NCBI RefSeq assembly: GCF_018350175.1
Contig: NC_058368.1
Span: forward strand, 18,974,001 to 19,038,000
DNA from: Felis catus
Lineage: Eukaryota
DNA length: 64,000 nt
Direction of reading: 5' to 3'
Each line of letters opens with the position of its first letter. Within the stretch, counting starts at the first letter, position 1. Under the pieces are notes generated by a model, which worked only from the letters and a program-made list of their open reading frames with translations, did not search any database and was not told the origin of the DNA. This document shows, piece after piece, positions 52,232 through 64,000 of this stretch. Both the position numbers and the translations under genes were made by a program.

Positions 52232-52473
52232 AAATCACATCTTCTTTATCCATTCATCCATTGATGGACATTTGGGCTCTTTCCATACTTTGGCTATTGT
52301 TGATAGTGCTCCTATAAACATTGGGGTGCATGTGTCCCTTCGAAACAGCACACCTGTATCCCTTGGATAAATACCTGGTAGTGCAATTGCTGGGTCCTAG
52401 GGTAGTTCTAGTTTTAGTTTTTGGAGGAACCTCCATACTGTTTTCCAGAGTGGCTGCACCAGCTTGCATTCCC
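51791..52473 (-). mobile_element. L1 3' fragment inserted in the tail of a SINE within the L1TD1 retrocopy
   Basis: L1 ORF2-end/3'UTR homology. TSD AATTAATTTTTT at 51779-51790 and 52474-52485. Confidence 0.8.
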
Positions 52474-52485
52474 AATTAATTTTTT

Positions 52486-52694
52486 AAATGTTTTATTTAT
52501 TTTTGAGAGAGATAGTTTGTGGGTGGGAGGGGGGCAGAGAGAGAGAGAGAGAGGGAGACAAAGAATCCGAAGCAGGCTTCAGGCTCTGAGCTGTCAGCAC
52601 AGAGCCCAATGCGGGACTCAAACTCATGAACTTCGAGATTGTGACCTGAGCCAAAGTCAGACACCTAACCAACAGAGCCACCAGGCGCTCCTTC
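52486..52694 (-). mobile_element. CanSINE in the L1TD1 retrocopy, tail split by an L1
   Basis: TSD ATGTCTTT(G/A)CATTTT at ~51763-51777 and ~52695-52709 encloses both this SINE and the L1 fragment. Confidence 0.85.
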
Positions 52695-53111
52695 ATGTCT
52701 TTACATTTTAAATCTAATACCTAAACCATCTCCTGGTCATTTTCATCAACTGAATTCTTTCCCTATAGGTGACATTTTCCTATTTCTTTGCAAATCTAGA
52801 AATTTATGACAGTACATAAGACATCGTGGCTATGTTGTCAAAACTGGATAGTTTTATTTTCCTGAAGAGTAATTTTTGTTTTTGCAGACTTGCTAGACCT
52901 TCCCAAACTCAGGAAATTAAAAAAAATATATATCATCCAGGGAGGATCATTCACCTGGGAGGAAGTACTCTGCAGAGTAGGATTTGGTCTTCTGTACAGC
53001 TGTGTCTTAGTGCCTGGAGAAGGAATCCCGCCTGAGGATGCACACATGGACCAAAGGCTTTGTAGTGTATCTTGAAATCTGGGATCATGATGCCTCAAGC
53101 TTTGTTGTTCT

Positions 53112-53338
53112 TTTTCTTTAAAAAAATTTTTTTTTTCAACGTTTATTTATTTTTGGGACAGAGAGAGACAGAGCATGAATGGGGGAGGGGCAGAGAGAGA
53201 GGGAGACACAGAATTGGAAACAGGCTCCAGGCTCCGAGCCATCAGCCCAGAGCCCGACGCGGGGCTCGAACTCCCGGACCGCGAGATCGTGACCTGGCTG
53301 AAGTCGGACGCTTAACCGACTGCGCCACCCAGGCGCCC
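53112..53338 (-). mobile_element. Young felid SINE in the host L1
   Basis: Consensus-like body with flanking TGTTGTTCTTTTTC repeat. Confidence 0.88.
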
Positions 53339-54964
53339 CATGTTGTTCTTTTTCAAAACTGGTTTGGTTATTCAGGGATGTCTGTGGTTCCTTACAAATT
53401 TTAGGATTATTCTTGTTCTGTGAAAAATGTTGTTGGTATTTTGGTGGAGATTGCTTTGAATCTATTGATTTGCTTTGGGTAGTATTGACCTTTAGTTAAT
53501 ATAGTATTGACAATATTTGTTCTTCCAATCCACGGGCATGGTGTGTCTTTCCATTTGTGTCATCTTCAATTTCTTTCTCAATGCTTTATAGTTTTCAGGA
53601 GTACAGGTCTTTCACCTCCTTGATTTATTTCTAGGTATTTTATTCTTTTTGGAGTGATTATAAATGGGATTGTTTTCTTTTTCTTTTTTTTAAATTTTAA
53701 AATTAAAAAAAATTCTCTAATACTTTGTTATTAGGGCACAGACACGCAATGGATTTCTGTATGTTAATATTGTATCCTAAAAACTTACTGAATTCATGTA
53801 TCAGTTAAACTAGTTTTTTGGTGAAGTCTTTAAGGTTTTCTATGTGCAGTATCATGTCATCTGCAAATTAGTGACAGTGTAACTTTTTCCTTACCAGTTT
53901 GGATGCCTTTTATTTCTTGTATGATTGCTGTAGCTAGGACTTCTAGTACTATGTTGAGTAAGTAATAAGAGTATACATCCTTGTCTTGTTCTTGATCATA
54001 AAGGAAAAGCTCACAGTTTTTCACCATTGAGTATGATATTAGCTGTGGGTTTTTCGTACATGGCCTTTATTATGTTGAGGTGTATTCCCTCTAAACCTAC
54101 TTTGTTGAGTGTTTTCTTCATCAATGGATGTTGTATTTTGTCATACTTTTTTCTGAATTTATTGAGACGATCATGTGGTTTTTATCCTCTTGTTAATGTG
54201 ATGTATCCCACTGATTTGAGAATATTGAGCCATCCTTGAATCCCTGGAATAAATCCTACTTGATGGTGCTGAAGGATTTTTTTATTGTTCTGTTGAATGT
54301 AATTTGCTAATATTTTGCTGAGGGGGATTTTTGCATCTCTGTTGATCAGAGATATTGGCTTGTAGTTTTTCATAGTGTCTTTTTTTTAGTGTTTATTTTT
54401 GAGAGAGAGTATGAGTGGAGGTGGGGCAGAGACAGAGGGAGACACAGAATCTGAATTAGGCTCCAGGTTCTGAGCTGTGAGTACAGAGCCCAATGTGGGG
54501 CTTGATCTTGTGAACTGAGAAATCATGACCTGAGCTGAAGTTGGATACTTAATTGACTAAGCCACCTAGGCACCCCTACATGGTGTCTGTCTTTGTTGTT
54601 GATATCAGCATAGTGCTGGCCTCATGGAATGAATTTGGAAGTTTTCCTTCCTCTTCTATTTTTTAGAATAGTTTGAGAAGAATAGGTATTTCTCTAAATG
54701 TTTGGTAGAATTCACCTGTGAATCCATCTGGTCCTAGAATTTTGTTTGTTGGGAATTTTTTGTTTCTGTTTTTTTTTTTTTAATTCAATGTCATTACCAG
54801 TAATTGGTCTGTTGGTCTGTTCAATTTTTTTCTGTCTCTGATTCAGATTTATAAGATTACAGGTTTCTAGGAATTTATCCATTTCTTTTAAGTTGTCTAA
54901 TTTGTTGGCATATAATTTTTCATAATGTTATAATCCTTTGTATTTCTCTGGTGTCCATTTAAAA

Positions 54965-55504
54965 ATTTTTTTTTGGTTTTTAGCCTTTTAAAAAAAATTT
55001 TTAACTTTACATCCAAATTAGCATATAGTGCAACAATGATTTCTGGAGTAGGTTCCTTAATTCCCCTTACCCATTTAGCCAATCCCCCCCCTCACAACCC
55101 CTCCAGTAACCCTCTGTTTCTTCTCCATATTTGAGTCTCTTCTGTTTTGCCCCCCTCCCTGTTTTTATATTATTTTTGTTTCCCTTCCCTTAAATTCATC
55201 TGTTCTGTCTCTTAAAGTCCTCATATGAGTGAAGTCATATGATATTTGTCTTTCTCGAATTTTGCTTAGCATAATATCCTCTAGTTCTATCCACGTAGTT
55301 GCAAATGGCAAGATTTCATTCTTTTTGAATGCTGAGTAATACTCCATTATGTATGGGTGGTGTGTGTATGTATAGACATGTATATACATACACACACACA
55401 CTCACCACATCTTCTTTATCCATTCATCGATGGACATTTGGGCTCTTTCCATACTTTGGCTATTGTTGATAGTGCTGCTATAAACATTGGGGTGCATGTG
55501 CCCC
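54965..55504 (-). mobile_element. L1 3' fragment nested in the host L1
   Basis: Closely resembles the 3' ends at 47030-47500 and 51830-52340 ([19 protein letters not shown]). Confidence 0.8.
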
Positions 55505-57067
55505 TAAATTTTTTTTAAAGTAGGCTCCATGTGCAATGTAGGGCTTGAACTCACAACCTTAAGATCAAGAGTCATATGCTTTACAGGCTGAGCCAGCCAG
55601 GCATCCTAGTGGTTTTAGTTCTTATTTATTCCTTCTCATTTTTGATTTTGAGTTCTTTTTTTTTTTCTTTAAAGTTTATTTATTTTGAGGGCGAGAGAGA
55701 GTACAAGCAGGGGCGGGGGGCAGAGAGAGAGGGAGAGATAGAATCCCAATGTGGGGCTTGAACTCACAAACCAAGAAATCGTGACCTGAGCTGAAATCAA
55801 GTGTCAGATGCTCAATGGACTGAGCTACCCAGGTGTCCCAGAGGCCTCTTTTTTTTTTGTTTTTGTTTTTGTTTTTAATGAATCTGGCAATAGGCTTATA
55901 AATCTTGTTTATCTTTTCAAAGAACTAGCTCTTCATTTTATGTATCTTTTATTTTTTAGTCTTTCATATTTCTGCTCTGATCTTTCCTTTTACTGTCTTT
56001 GGGTTTCATTCTTTTTCTAGCTCTTTTAGAGTGTAAGCTTAGATTGTTTGAGATTTTTCTTGTTTCTTTAGGTAGGCCTGTATTGCTATAAATTTCCCTC
56101 TTAGAGTTACTTTTGCTGCATCCCAAAGATTTTGGATCATTTTGTTTTCATTTTCATTTGTCTCCATGCTTTTTTAAATTTCTCCTTTGATTTCTTGGTC
56201 AACCCAGTCATTGTTTAGTAGCTTATGTTTAGCTTCCCTGCATTCGTTTCTTCTTTGTCTTGTTTTTGTGATTGGTTTCAAGTTTCATACTGTTGTGGTC
56301 AAAAAGATGCTTGATATGATTTCAGTCTTTTTAAATTTTATTTTGAGAGAGCGTGCACACACATGAGCGAGTGGGGGAGGGGCAGAGAGAGAGGGAGAGA
56401 GAGAATGCCCAAGTAGGCTTCCTGCTCAGTGTGGAGTCAATGTGGGGCTCGATCTCACAACTGCAAGATCATGACCTGAGCTGCTATTTAGAGTTGGACG
56501 CTTAACCTACTGAGCCACCCAGGTGCCCTGATTTCAGTCTTCTTAAAATGTATTGAGATTTGTTTTGTGGCCTAACATAAGATCTATTCTGGAGAATGTT
56601 CTATGTGTACTTGAAAAGGATGTGTATTCTTCTTTTTTTGGATGGAACGTTCTGTGTGTATAGGTTATGTTCAACTGGTCTAATGTTTTATTCAGAATCA
56701 CTGTTTCCTTGTTTTCTGCTGGGTGATCTGTTGATGGAATTGGGGTATTAAAGCCCTCTACTATTATATTACTGTCAGTTTTTCCCTTTATGACAATTGC
56801 TTTATGTATTTAGGTGTTCCTGTGTTGGGTGCATAGCTCTTTATAAATGTTACATCCTTTTGTTGGATTGATCCCTTTATCGTGATCTAGTGCCCTTCTT
56901 TGTTTCTTGCTACAGTGTTTGTTTTACAGTATTTTGTGTAAGTATTGACACTCCAGCTTTTTTTTTTTTTGGCCTTATTTTGTATGTTAAATGTTTTTCC
57001 ACCCCTTTATTTTCAGTGTATGTGTGTTTAGGTCTGAAGTGAGTCTCTTGTAGGCAGCATATAGATG

Positions 57068-57125
<58 letters not shown>

Positions 57126-58733
57126 GATTCAGTCACCCAGTGTCTTTTTTTCTTTTTTTAATGTTTATTTATTTTTAAGACCGAGAGAGAGACAGAGCAC
57201 TAGCAGGGGAATGTCAGAGAAAGAGAGAAGCACAGAATCTGAAGCAGGATCCAGGCTCCGAGCTGTCAGTGCAGAGACTGATGCAGGGCCCAAACTCACG
57301 AACTGTGTGATCATGACCTGAGTTGAAGTCGGGACGCTTTACTGATTGAACCACCCAGGCGCCCCCTCTTTTTTTCTTTAAGTAAACTCTGCACCCGGCA
57401 TGGGAGTTGAACTCACAACCTTGAGATCAAGCATTACATGCTCTACCAACTAAGCCAGCCAGGCCTCCTTACCCTCTGTCTTTTGATTGGAGGATTTAGT
57501 CCATCAAGAGCATTTTTCATTAGAATATTTTAAAAATGCTATGCTTCCAGTGCTGTTAAACAGAACATTTATTGACTGCTTCCACTGAGTTTGAGATTCT
57601 CTGTTTTGCATAGGTGGACAGGGTGGTCAAGGGTCTGCTTTTTGGTCTTTAGCTCTATCTTCCCTACTTTCACCACTGACACCATCCCTGCCCTGCCAGT
57701 CATTGCTGACTCAGTTGTGTAGAGCAGAGAAAACCCACAACACTGACCTTTGTGAAATGTAGAGTGTACCATAGTCTGAGTGCCTGTCTTGCAGAATAAA
57801 ATGCAGGGCCTGTTGGGATACCTACAAAAAAATGCAGATGCTGTTTCCACTTGTCTCTCAAGGAGAATGAGATGATCAGAGGTCTGTGCTCTAAGTAAGT
57901 GGAGAAATATTCCTGTAAATTATTCATAGCTTCGTGGATACTTGATGGGTATCTAAGCACCTACTAGGTCTCAGTGACTGGTGCTGGTGTTCAGAGTAGT
58001 CCTCATCCACATGAGTGGGGCTCGGCAGTGCCTCGACAGTGTCATTTGTGGTAAATTACAGGAGAGTCAACTAACCTCCATAGATGAGAGGAGACAATTG
58101 TTGTAAGCATTTGAAAATGTGCTAGCTTCCTACCTTCTCTCTGTTGGAAATGTAACTGTTACAGATATGCAACAAATGTGTCTATTAGCAACCTGTGATG
58201 TGGAACTGTTTGGGATGACTGGGTTAAAATATGGAAACTTCCAGTTAAAATTGTGATGCTCTGAATTGAATGCTTTATTCAGTGTATCTGCATCTAGGTT
58301 ACCTAGATTATGTATCCTCTTTAAACATGCTGACATTCACTTCCTCTTTTCAAGTGATTAAATTATTTTTTGATTTAGGGTCTTATTTTATTCTTCTCAA
58401 TACCTGGCAAAGAATAACCCTAATAGTAGCAACCTCTTATTGAATTATATTCTAATTCAGAACTACTAATTCAGTGGGAATGTATCCTTACTCTCCTAGA
58501 AGAAATGAACAGTAGGGAGAGGATCCCAGAGATCACACTTGTGATTGCTTAAGAGAAGAGTTCAGTTTTCAGAACTCCTTGAAAATGTCTTTTTATCTGC
58601 CAGTAATTACTTGGGGTTATTTGAGACAGGACCTCTCCTATCTTTGCTTTGCACAGTTCAGTTGGGGTAACTATGTGTAATGTCAGATTATGAAGTTGCA
58701 TTCCTTAAATATCTAATGCAAGACTTCAGTTTT

Positions 58734-58954
58734 TTTTTTTAATTTTTTTTTCAACGTTTATTTATTTTTGGGACAGAGAGAGACAGAGCATGAACGGGCG
58801 AGAGGCAGAGAGGGAGGGAGACACAGAATCGGAAACAGGCTCCAGGCTCTGAGCCATCAGCCCAGAGCCTGACGCGGGGCTCGAACTCACAGACCGTGAG
58901 ATCGTGACCTGGCTGAAGTCGGACGCTTAACCGACTGCGCCACCCAGGGGCCCC
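58734..58954 (-). mobile_element. Young felid SINE
   Basis: TSD AAGACTTCAGTTTT at 58720-58733 and 58955-58968. Confidence 0.9.
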
Positions 58955-59884
58955 AAGACTTCAGTTTTGATGAAGCTTTAAAAACTTCATCCGATGGTTA
59001 TGTTTCCTGACACAAGCAGGGAATGTCTGAGCTACGGTGGCCTCTTGGGCCCAGAAAGATGGAAGTCTTGTGGCGTTTCACAAATGCTGACCCAGTCCGG
59101 GGTCTGGGATATCACAGGGTGGTTATAGTTCGTTATTTCCCTTATGTTCAGAATTTTTATTGAAGTCCTCTAACGCAGTTTTGATCTTGCTGTTTTCTAA
59201 AGTCTTACAGTATAAAAGTGCAAAAATATGTGATTTGTACTAAGCAGAGTCAAAGTTTAGCTCTTTAGTGATTGGCCAGACTCTTGTCATCTTTACCTAT
59301 TGCTTCTTCCTCTGTTTTTCGGATAATCATCAGTACGGCTGGGCATTAGGCAAAGGGGAGTGATTAGCTCCTGCGAGACTTTCTTTCCCCTCCTTTTATA
59401 TGGTTGCATGTACACAGAGACTAAGTGCTATTTATTAACCACTTGTGCAGCAGCCGTTATGTTAAGTCTTTCCTTCCATTTTTATTTAATCCTCGTGCTG
59501 ATTGAGGAACCAGGGTTCAGAACTGGTATTGCTTGTCTGGGATGTCACAGCAGAGCCAGGCCTCAAGCCCAGGTCCCTCTGACCCCACTGCTGACACCTG
59601 AGAACACACTCCACTCTTTTGCATCCTCTGGTTTTGACTGTTGAACACACATCAGTCTCCTACCGAGGGTGAGCTCTTTGAGGGCTGTAGCTGGGTGCCG
59701 GGCACATTGGGAACCCTGTGTTGTTTATTGGACTGGGCTCGAAGGTTTGGGGGAGGAAGAAGTCGAATGAACACAAGTGTAAGTAAGCCCTGGGGTAGGC
59801 TGCTCCCCTCTCGTTTCTGTGGGTATTTGAGGCTGCACTCTAACACACGTAGACTCGTGCTGGAGATTTCTGTCCTGGTTGTAG

Positions 59885-60143
59885 GGGGCACGGCATGTGT
59901 ACTGACCGGGCAGCCCTTTGACACCGTGAAAGTGAAGATGCAGACGTTCCCCGACCTGTACAGGGGCCTCACCGACTGCTGCCTGAAAACCTACTCCCAA
60001 GTGGGCTTCCGCGGCTTCTACAAGGGGACCAGCCCGGCGCTGATTGCCAACATCGCCGAGAACTCTGTCCTCTTCATGTGCTACGGCTTCTGCCAACAGG
60101 TGGTGCGGAAAGTGGTTGGATTGGAAAAGCAGGCCAAGCTAAG
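59885..60143 (+). CDS. SLC25A15: Mitochondrial ornithine transporter 1, second coding exon (259 nt)
   Basis: Acceptor GGTTGTAG|G and donor AG|GTGAGT. Encodes [77 protein letters not shown], with the SLC25 signature PxDxxKxK. Phase matches the previous exon. Confidence 0.97.
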
Positions 60144-63100
60144 GTGAGTCGTGGGCACTAATACCTGCTCAGTTTGTTTCAAAAGACAACATTGTTGGGG
60201 GCGCCCGGTGGCTCAGTCGGTTGAGCGTCCGACTTCAGCTCAGGTCATGATCTCACGGTTCGTGGGTTCAAGCCCTGCATCGGGCTCTGTGCTGACAGCT
60301 CAGAGCCTGGAGCCTGCTTCGGATTCTGTGTCTCCCTCTCTCTCTGCCCCTCCCCTGCTAATGCTCTGTCTTTCTCTTTCTCACTGTCTTAAAAATAAAA
60401 TAAATATTAAAAAAAAAATTTAAAAGACAACGTTGTTGTATAGTCAAGATTTTTGTGATACCTTATGGGAAGGATGTTTCCTTTTTTAAAATAACCCACT
60501 TTCTCTCTGGTTATGGAGGAATACATTGTCATCCTATAAAACTTGCAAACCACGAATTCTGCAGGACGAGGATTGCCTGTAATGTACCATGGAGAAGGAG
60601 ACACCCTTACGTATTGGTGTCCTTCACGAAGATGCTTTTCAGATGCTGCAGGTGGTACTACTTCTCTTGTGGGCACAGGTGCTGAACCAGAGCCACAGAT
60701 GCAGCCTGGGAGCCACGTTTGGGATTCCACTTCATCGGCAAAATGCGGAGGATTGGAAGAAGCTGCCTGAGCCAGTCTGAGAGACCCTTGGAATTTTAGG
60801 AAGAGTCGGCAGCATCTCAGAAGATGGAGATGAACCTGTTTGGCCATGTCTGCCCCAAACGTCAGACTCTGCCATGTGCTTGGCCATCCCTTGGATATTT
60901 ACGTACACAGCAACTAGGAAGAACTCGGGAAACACTGGGATGTGTAGCCATCCCTTTTCTGAACGTTGAATTTTTTAAAATCACTTAAATGTATCAGCTG
61001 GATGGTTCTTACGGGTTGTGTTGGTAGGAATTGGAAACCCTATTGCAACTCGGGTCCCACTTGACTAAAAGTAGGTCCCTTTTGTCCAGAAGTTCCCTGG
61101 AGGTGCCTAGTGGTCTTTAAGACGTGCCCTTTTGCAGGCGGGAATTTTGTCTTGATGGATGGAACTTGTTTTTTAAGGGGACTGGATGAAATCACCCAGG
61201 GAGATAGCTTCTGTAGGGGGCTGCGCACTGATTCTAGGACCTTCCAGCACAGAGGGGTCAGAAAAAAGAGATGAAGTAAAGAAATACGCAAGAAACAAAC
61301 GAGGAGAAGGTGGGATCTCATGATAGACCAATGGGAAGAACACTGTAGTGAGTGTCGCCCTCCCTGCTCAAGAGGGGAGACTTTCTACATGAGGAGACCT
61401 GGGGTTTAGGTCCCCTGCAGCATCCCCAGAGGAGAACGCCTTGCAGAGAAGACAGCAGCCACATGAGGTCCCGGAGGAAGTCCTGCAACAAAGAAGCCGG
61501 CCTATTTCACTTGGCCTAACCCAGCACCCTCCTCTTTTTTTGGTCTTGGCGTGGGAAAGGGCTGCTTTTTCCTCATTCAGAACAGTGTGTAGTTATTGCC
61601 TGTTGGGAAGACGCTACCTTAGATGCTACCTTCGAGTTGACAGAGCTGTGACTCCCACGGCTATCGTGGTTTTTTGGTTCGTTTTTGTTTTTCTTGTGTT
61701 TTTTGTTTTTGTTTTTAGCCCTCACTGATGTCCTGCGAGAGCAGCAAAGCCGGTGGATGGTGTTAATTGTGTTACAGATGGGGAGAATTTCATGCAGATC
61801 CTGACAGGCTTAGGATCATATTATCTGAGCTCCTAACAGAGAGCAGGACTCAAACCCATGCCTTCTGGGCCCCCATCTGGTGTTCTTTCCCTAAGACCAG
61901 AGTCGGGGCTCTGGACCGTGGGTAGGGGTCAGGTCTAGAGAAAAGATAAGTCAGCAGAAGCAGTGAAAGGAAGGCACTGCTTGGAAGAAACTACTGTGAA
62001 TTTCAGCAAATTCGTCAATATTTGTCCGTCCATGGTTTAAATTCCACCCTGAGTCAAGTTCTCCTTTGACCTTTGGCTGCATGGGGTCTAAACACAGCAG
62101 GCGTGTCCAGGTACTTGTTTGTTGAAGGGGTGACAAACAGCGGATTCTTACAAAACCCCATCTAGGCCTACTGAAGCTTCAGTTCCAGTTCTGAACGCCT
62201 TTACGGCAGGTGCAGCCTTGGGCCGGCCTACCTTATTTAGTGCCCTGGAAGATGAGAGTATTTATCAGAGAGCCAAAGTCTATTGCACACCTGATTTGCC
62301 TTGTTGTTGCGCTGGAACAGCATGCTCGGTATTCCTTCGGGTGGCTGAGCCATTATTGTGTCTTAGATTGATAGATGTCCCCATTTATTGATGCCACCTC
62401 TGTTCCGGCAAACTTGGCAACTCTGGTTAATGACCCTAATTGACTGTCACCTGTCGCAAGTTGACAGAGAGTCCCCGAGGGAGACCAGGTATGGATCTGC
62501 AGGCTGGCTGAAAGACCGCAGAAACCCCCTGAAGCTTTGGCGTTGACAACCAGCTAAGCAGGAGTGAAAGGCAGGGAAGGAACAGTGTGAGTGGTGTTGG
62601 GCACTTTCCACACACTAGAAGCTGAGAGCAAGGATAGTCGTGTGTCTGGCTCTCACCAGGTGATGGGCTGATATTTAATTCTCTGAAATAAAAAGCAAGT
62701 CTCTACTCAAAGCAGCGTCTTGCTCCTGGAAGAAGCCTCCCTCCAGGCCAGCTATTCTGAGACCTGGGTGTGCAGCCGACCGGCTGGACCCGGGGCACCC
62801 TCCTTCTGTCTGCCCGCAGCACCGAGGCCAGGTCACCTGGGGATAGGAGAGGGGGCTGAGATTGGAGGAAGCCCTTGATTTTATACTAACGTCTGACGTC
62901 AGTTTATGTAACTGTTGGACATAACTTGAGGATGAGTGAACATGTTAGGTCTATTAGGCTCTTGCTCATGGTTTGGAGGAAAATTGTTGGGATCTCTACC
63001 CAGGGCAGTCACCTGGGGGGCTTACCCCCCGGGGGGGGTGTCATCCCAGTTGTCCAGTGACAGTGGTATGCTGGCATTTAATGGGGGAGTGTCAGGGAGC

Positions 63101-63814
63101 CCACTGTCCTGCTGTGAGCCTCTTGCTGCTTCCTTGCCCAACCCCATGTGCCAGCTGAGCTCCTGTGGCAGAACACTGCCCAGGTTGGAAAGGGTCTTAT
63201 TTTCTGGCCCCCATGAACACTCACAGATTTCTCAGGCTTTCCCCCATATTTTTGGACTCATCGGACCTTAATTTCACAGCCCTGCTGGTGACTGTGGCCA
63301 GTGGTACCAAACCCTTTTGAGGTGAGGTGAATACTTCCGGTTTCTGTGCGTTCCTCCATTTAGATTTCCGACTTAGCCTTTTTGCCTCCAACTGTCGAGC
63401 TTGCTGACTGGCACTGGCTTCACCCCCTCCTTCAGTACTATTGCAGCCTCCTGGTGCCCTCTGTTGCTGAGGTCAGGAGGTCAGCGGAACTGGGAAGACA
63501 CTTTGCGATGAGCAGCTTTATGGTTAAAAATTCATCCCGGGCTTTCATCTGGGCAGTTACGTTACATATCTGGTTGCTCCAGGTTGGATTTTTGGGCATG
63601 TGGGGATAGCCTTGGAACCTAGTTTTATAAAGCTTAGTGGCAGATACTCTGAAGTATTAATAATGGGTGCCTTTGGGGTGGTGGTGGGAGTATGGGTGAT
63701 TTTTTCCTCTCTCCTCCCCCCCACCCCCTCTTCTCTTCCTCCCCCCCCTTCCTCCCCTTTTGATTTTGTTTTATATGTCATTGTGTCTTCTGGATGCTGT
63801 AACAAAATACCATC

Positions 63815-64000
63815 AATTGGGTGGTTTTTTTTTTTATACATAATTTATCGTCAAATTGGTTTCCATACAACACCCAGTGCTCATCCCAATAGGTGCCTTC
63901 CTCAATGCCCATCATCCACTTTTCCCTCTCCTCTACCCCCCATAAACCCTCAGTTTGTTCTCAGTATTTAAGAGTCTCTTATGGTTTGCCTCCTTCCCTC
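63815..64000 (-). mobile_element. L1 3' end, cut by the window edge
   Basis: T tract followed by the reverse complement of the 3' terminus seen at 47880-47999. Confidence 0.85.

Larger units (their letters stand above)
45990..53055 (-). pseudogene. L1TD1: Processed pseudogene of L1TD1, fragmented by later insertions
   Basis: ATG at 52824 (MSYVLS*ISRFAKK*ENVTY..VLDLKCKD). Collinear fragments follow: IRESLKNDLKE, ENLTFKEISDLSSKLD, ADFLSATMDISKQ*NNVFNILMENDFEP, LSKFTSQKSFIKELLKD, DKTLPDSKH, then RLAPRHILVKSWNSNDKEKII and LDTLDARSKRSNIIKVLQAKGFKPRMPYPAKLAFD. All match recalled L1TD1. ATTAAA at 46006-46011, short poly(A), 18-bp TSD at 45972-45989 and 53056-53073. Confidence 0.9.
42460..57504 (-). 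mobile_element. Old 5'-truncated LINE-1 acting as host for nested insertions (pieces ~42460-42870, 44745-45989, 53056-57504)
   Basis: L1 3'UTR and ORF2 homology resume in register across each insertion (ORF2-like peptides at 45518-45865 and 54182-54373). Tentative diverged TSD CAAAAGCCTTTTT (42447) / CAAGAGCATTTTT (57505). Confidence 0.8.
436..60425. mobile_element. Several dozen further CanSINE copies across the window (e.g. ~436-617, 5526-5945, 6996-7372, 7795-7992, 9955-10345, 15880-16094, 16490-16693, 20555-20764, 22450-22640, 25576-25800, 27890-28310, 41100-41397, 60197-60425)
   Basis: Recurrent GGGGCGCCTGGGTGGCTCAG head, (CT)n linker and AATAAA/A-rich tail on both strands. These explain most short ORFs in the track. 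Confidence 0.9.

Noticed and set aside
59641..59884. N-terminal part of the 168-aa ORF as SLC25A15 coding sequence
   Set aside because: It lies upstream of the acceptor at 59884. The true N-terminus is at 39593.
60144..64000. SLC25A15 exon 4 or an intronic miRNA
   Set aside because: No matching coding sequence or convincing hairpin was seen. The next exon is probably beyond the window.
1..64000. CRISPR array or prokaryotic-type system
   Set aside because: The sequence is mammalian. The repeats are dispersed SINE/LINE copies and microsatellites, not repeat-spacer arrays.

Overview
Mammalian genomic DNA, very likely a cat or other felid (abundant SINEC_Fc-type CanSINEs, carnivore L1). It holds two divergently transcribed nuclear genes for mitochondrial proteins. 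MRPS31 is on the minus strand (exons 1-2 and promoter; the gene runs off the left edge). SLC25A15/ORNT1 is on the plus strand (CpG-island promoter, non-coding exon 1, coding exons 2-3; it runs off the right edge). There are three processed pseudogenes: RPS27A in MRPS31 intron 1, and PDCD2 and L1TD1 in SLC25A15 intron 2. The most unusual structure is a ~15 kb nested insertion complex (~42.46-57.50 kb). An old antisense L1 received a PDCD2 retrocopy carrying an extra 162-nt segment and a TSD-flanked retrocopy of L1TD1, a gene itself domesticated from L1 ORF1. That retrocopy was then hit by SINEs and L1s, one of which created a ~1 kb near-palindrome. Gene identities come from comparing my translations with recalled human/mouse proteins; no search was run. 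Repeat family names and boundaries are approximate.
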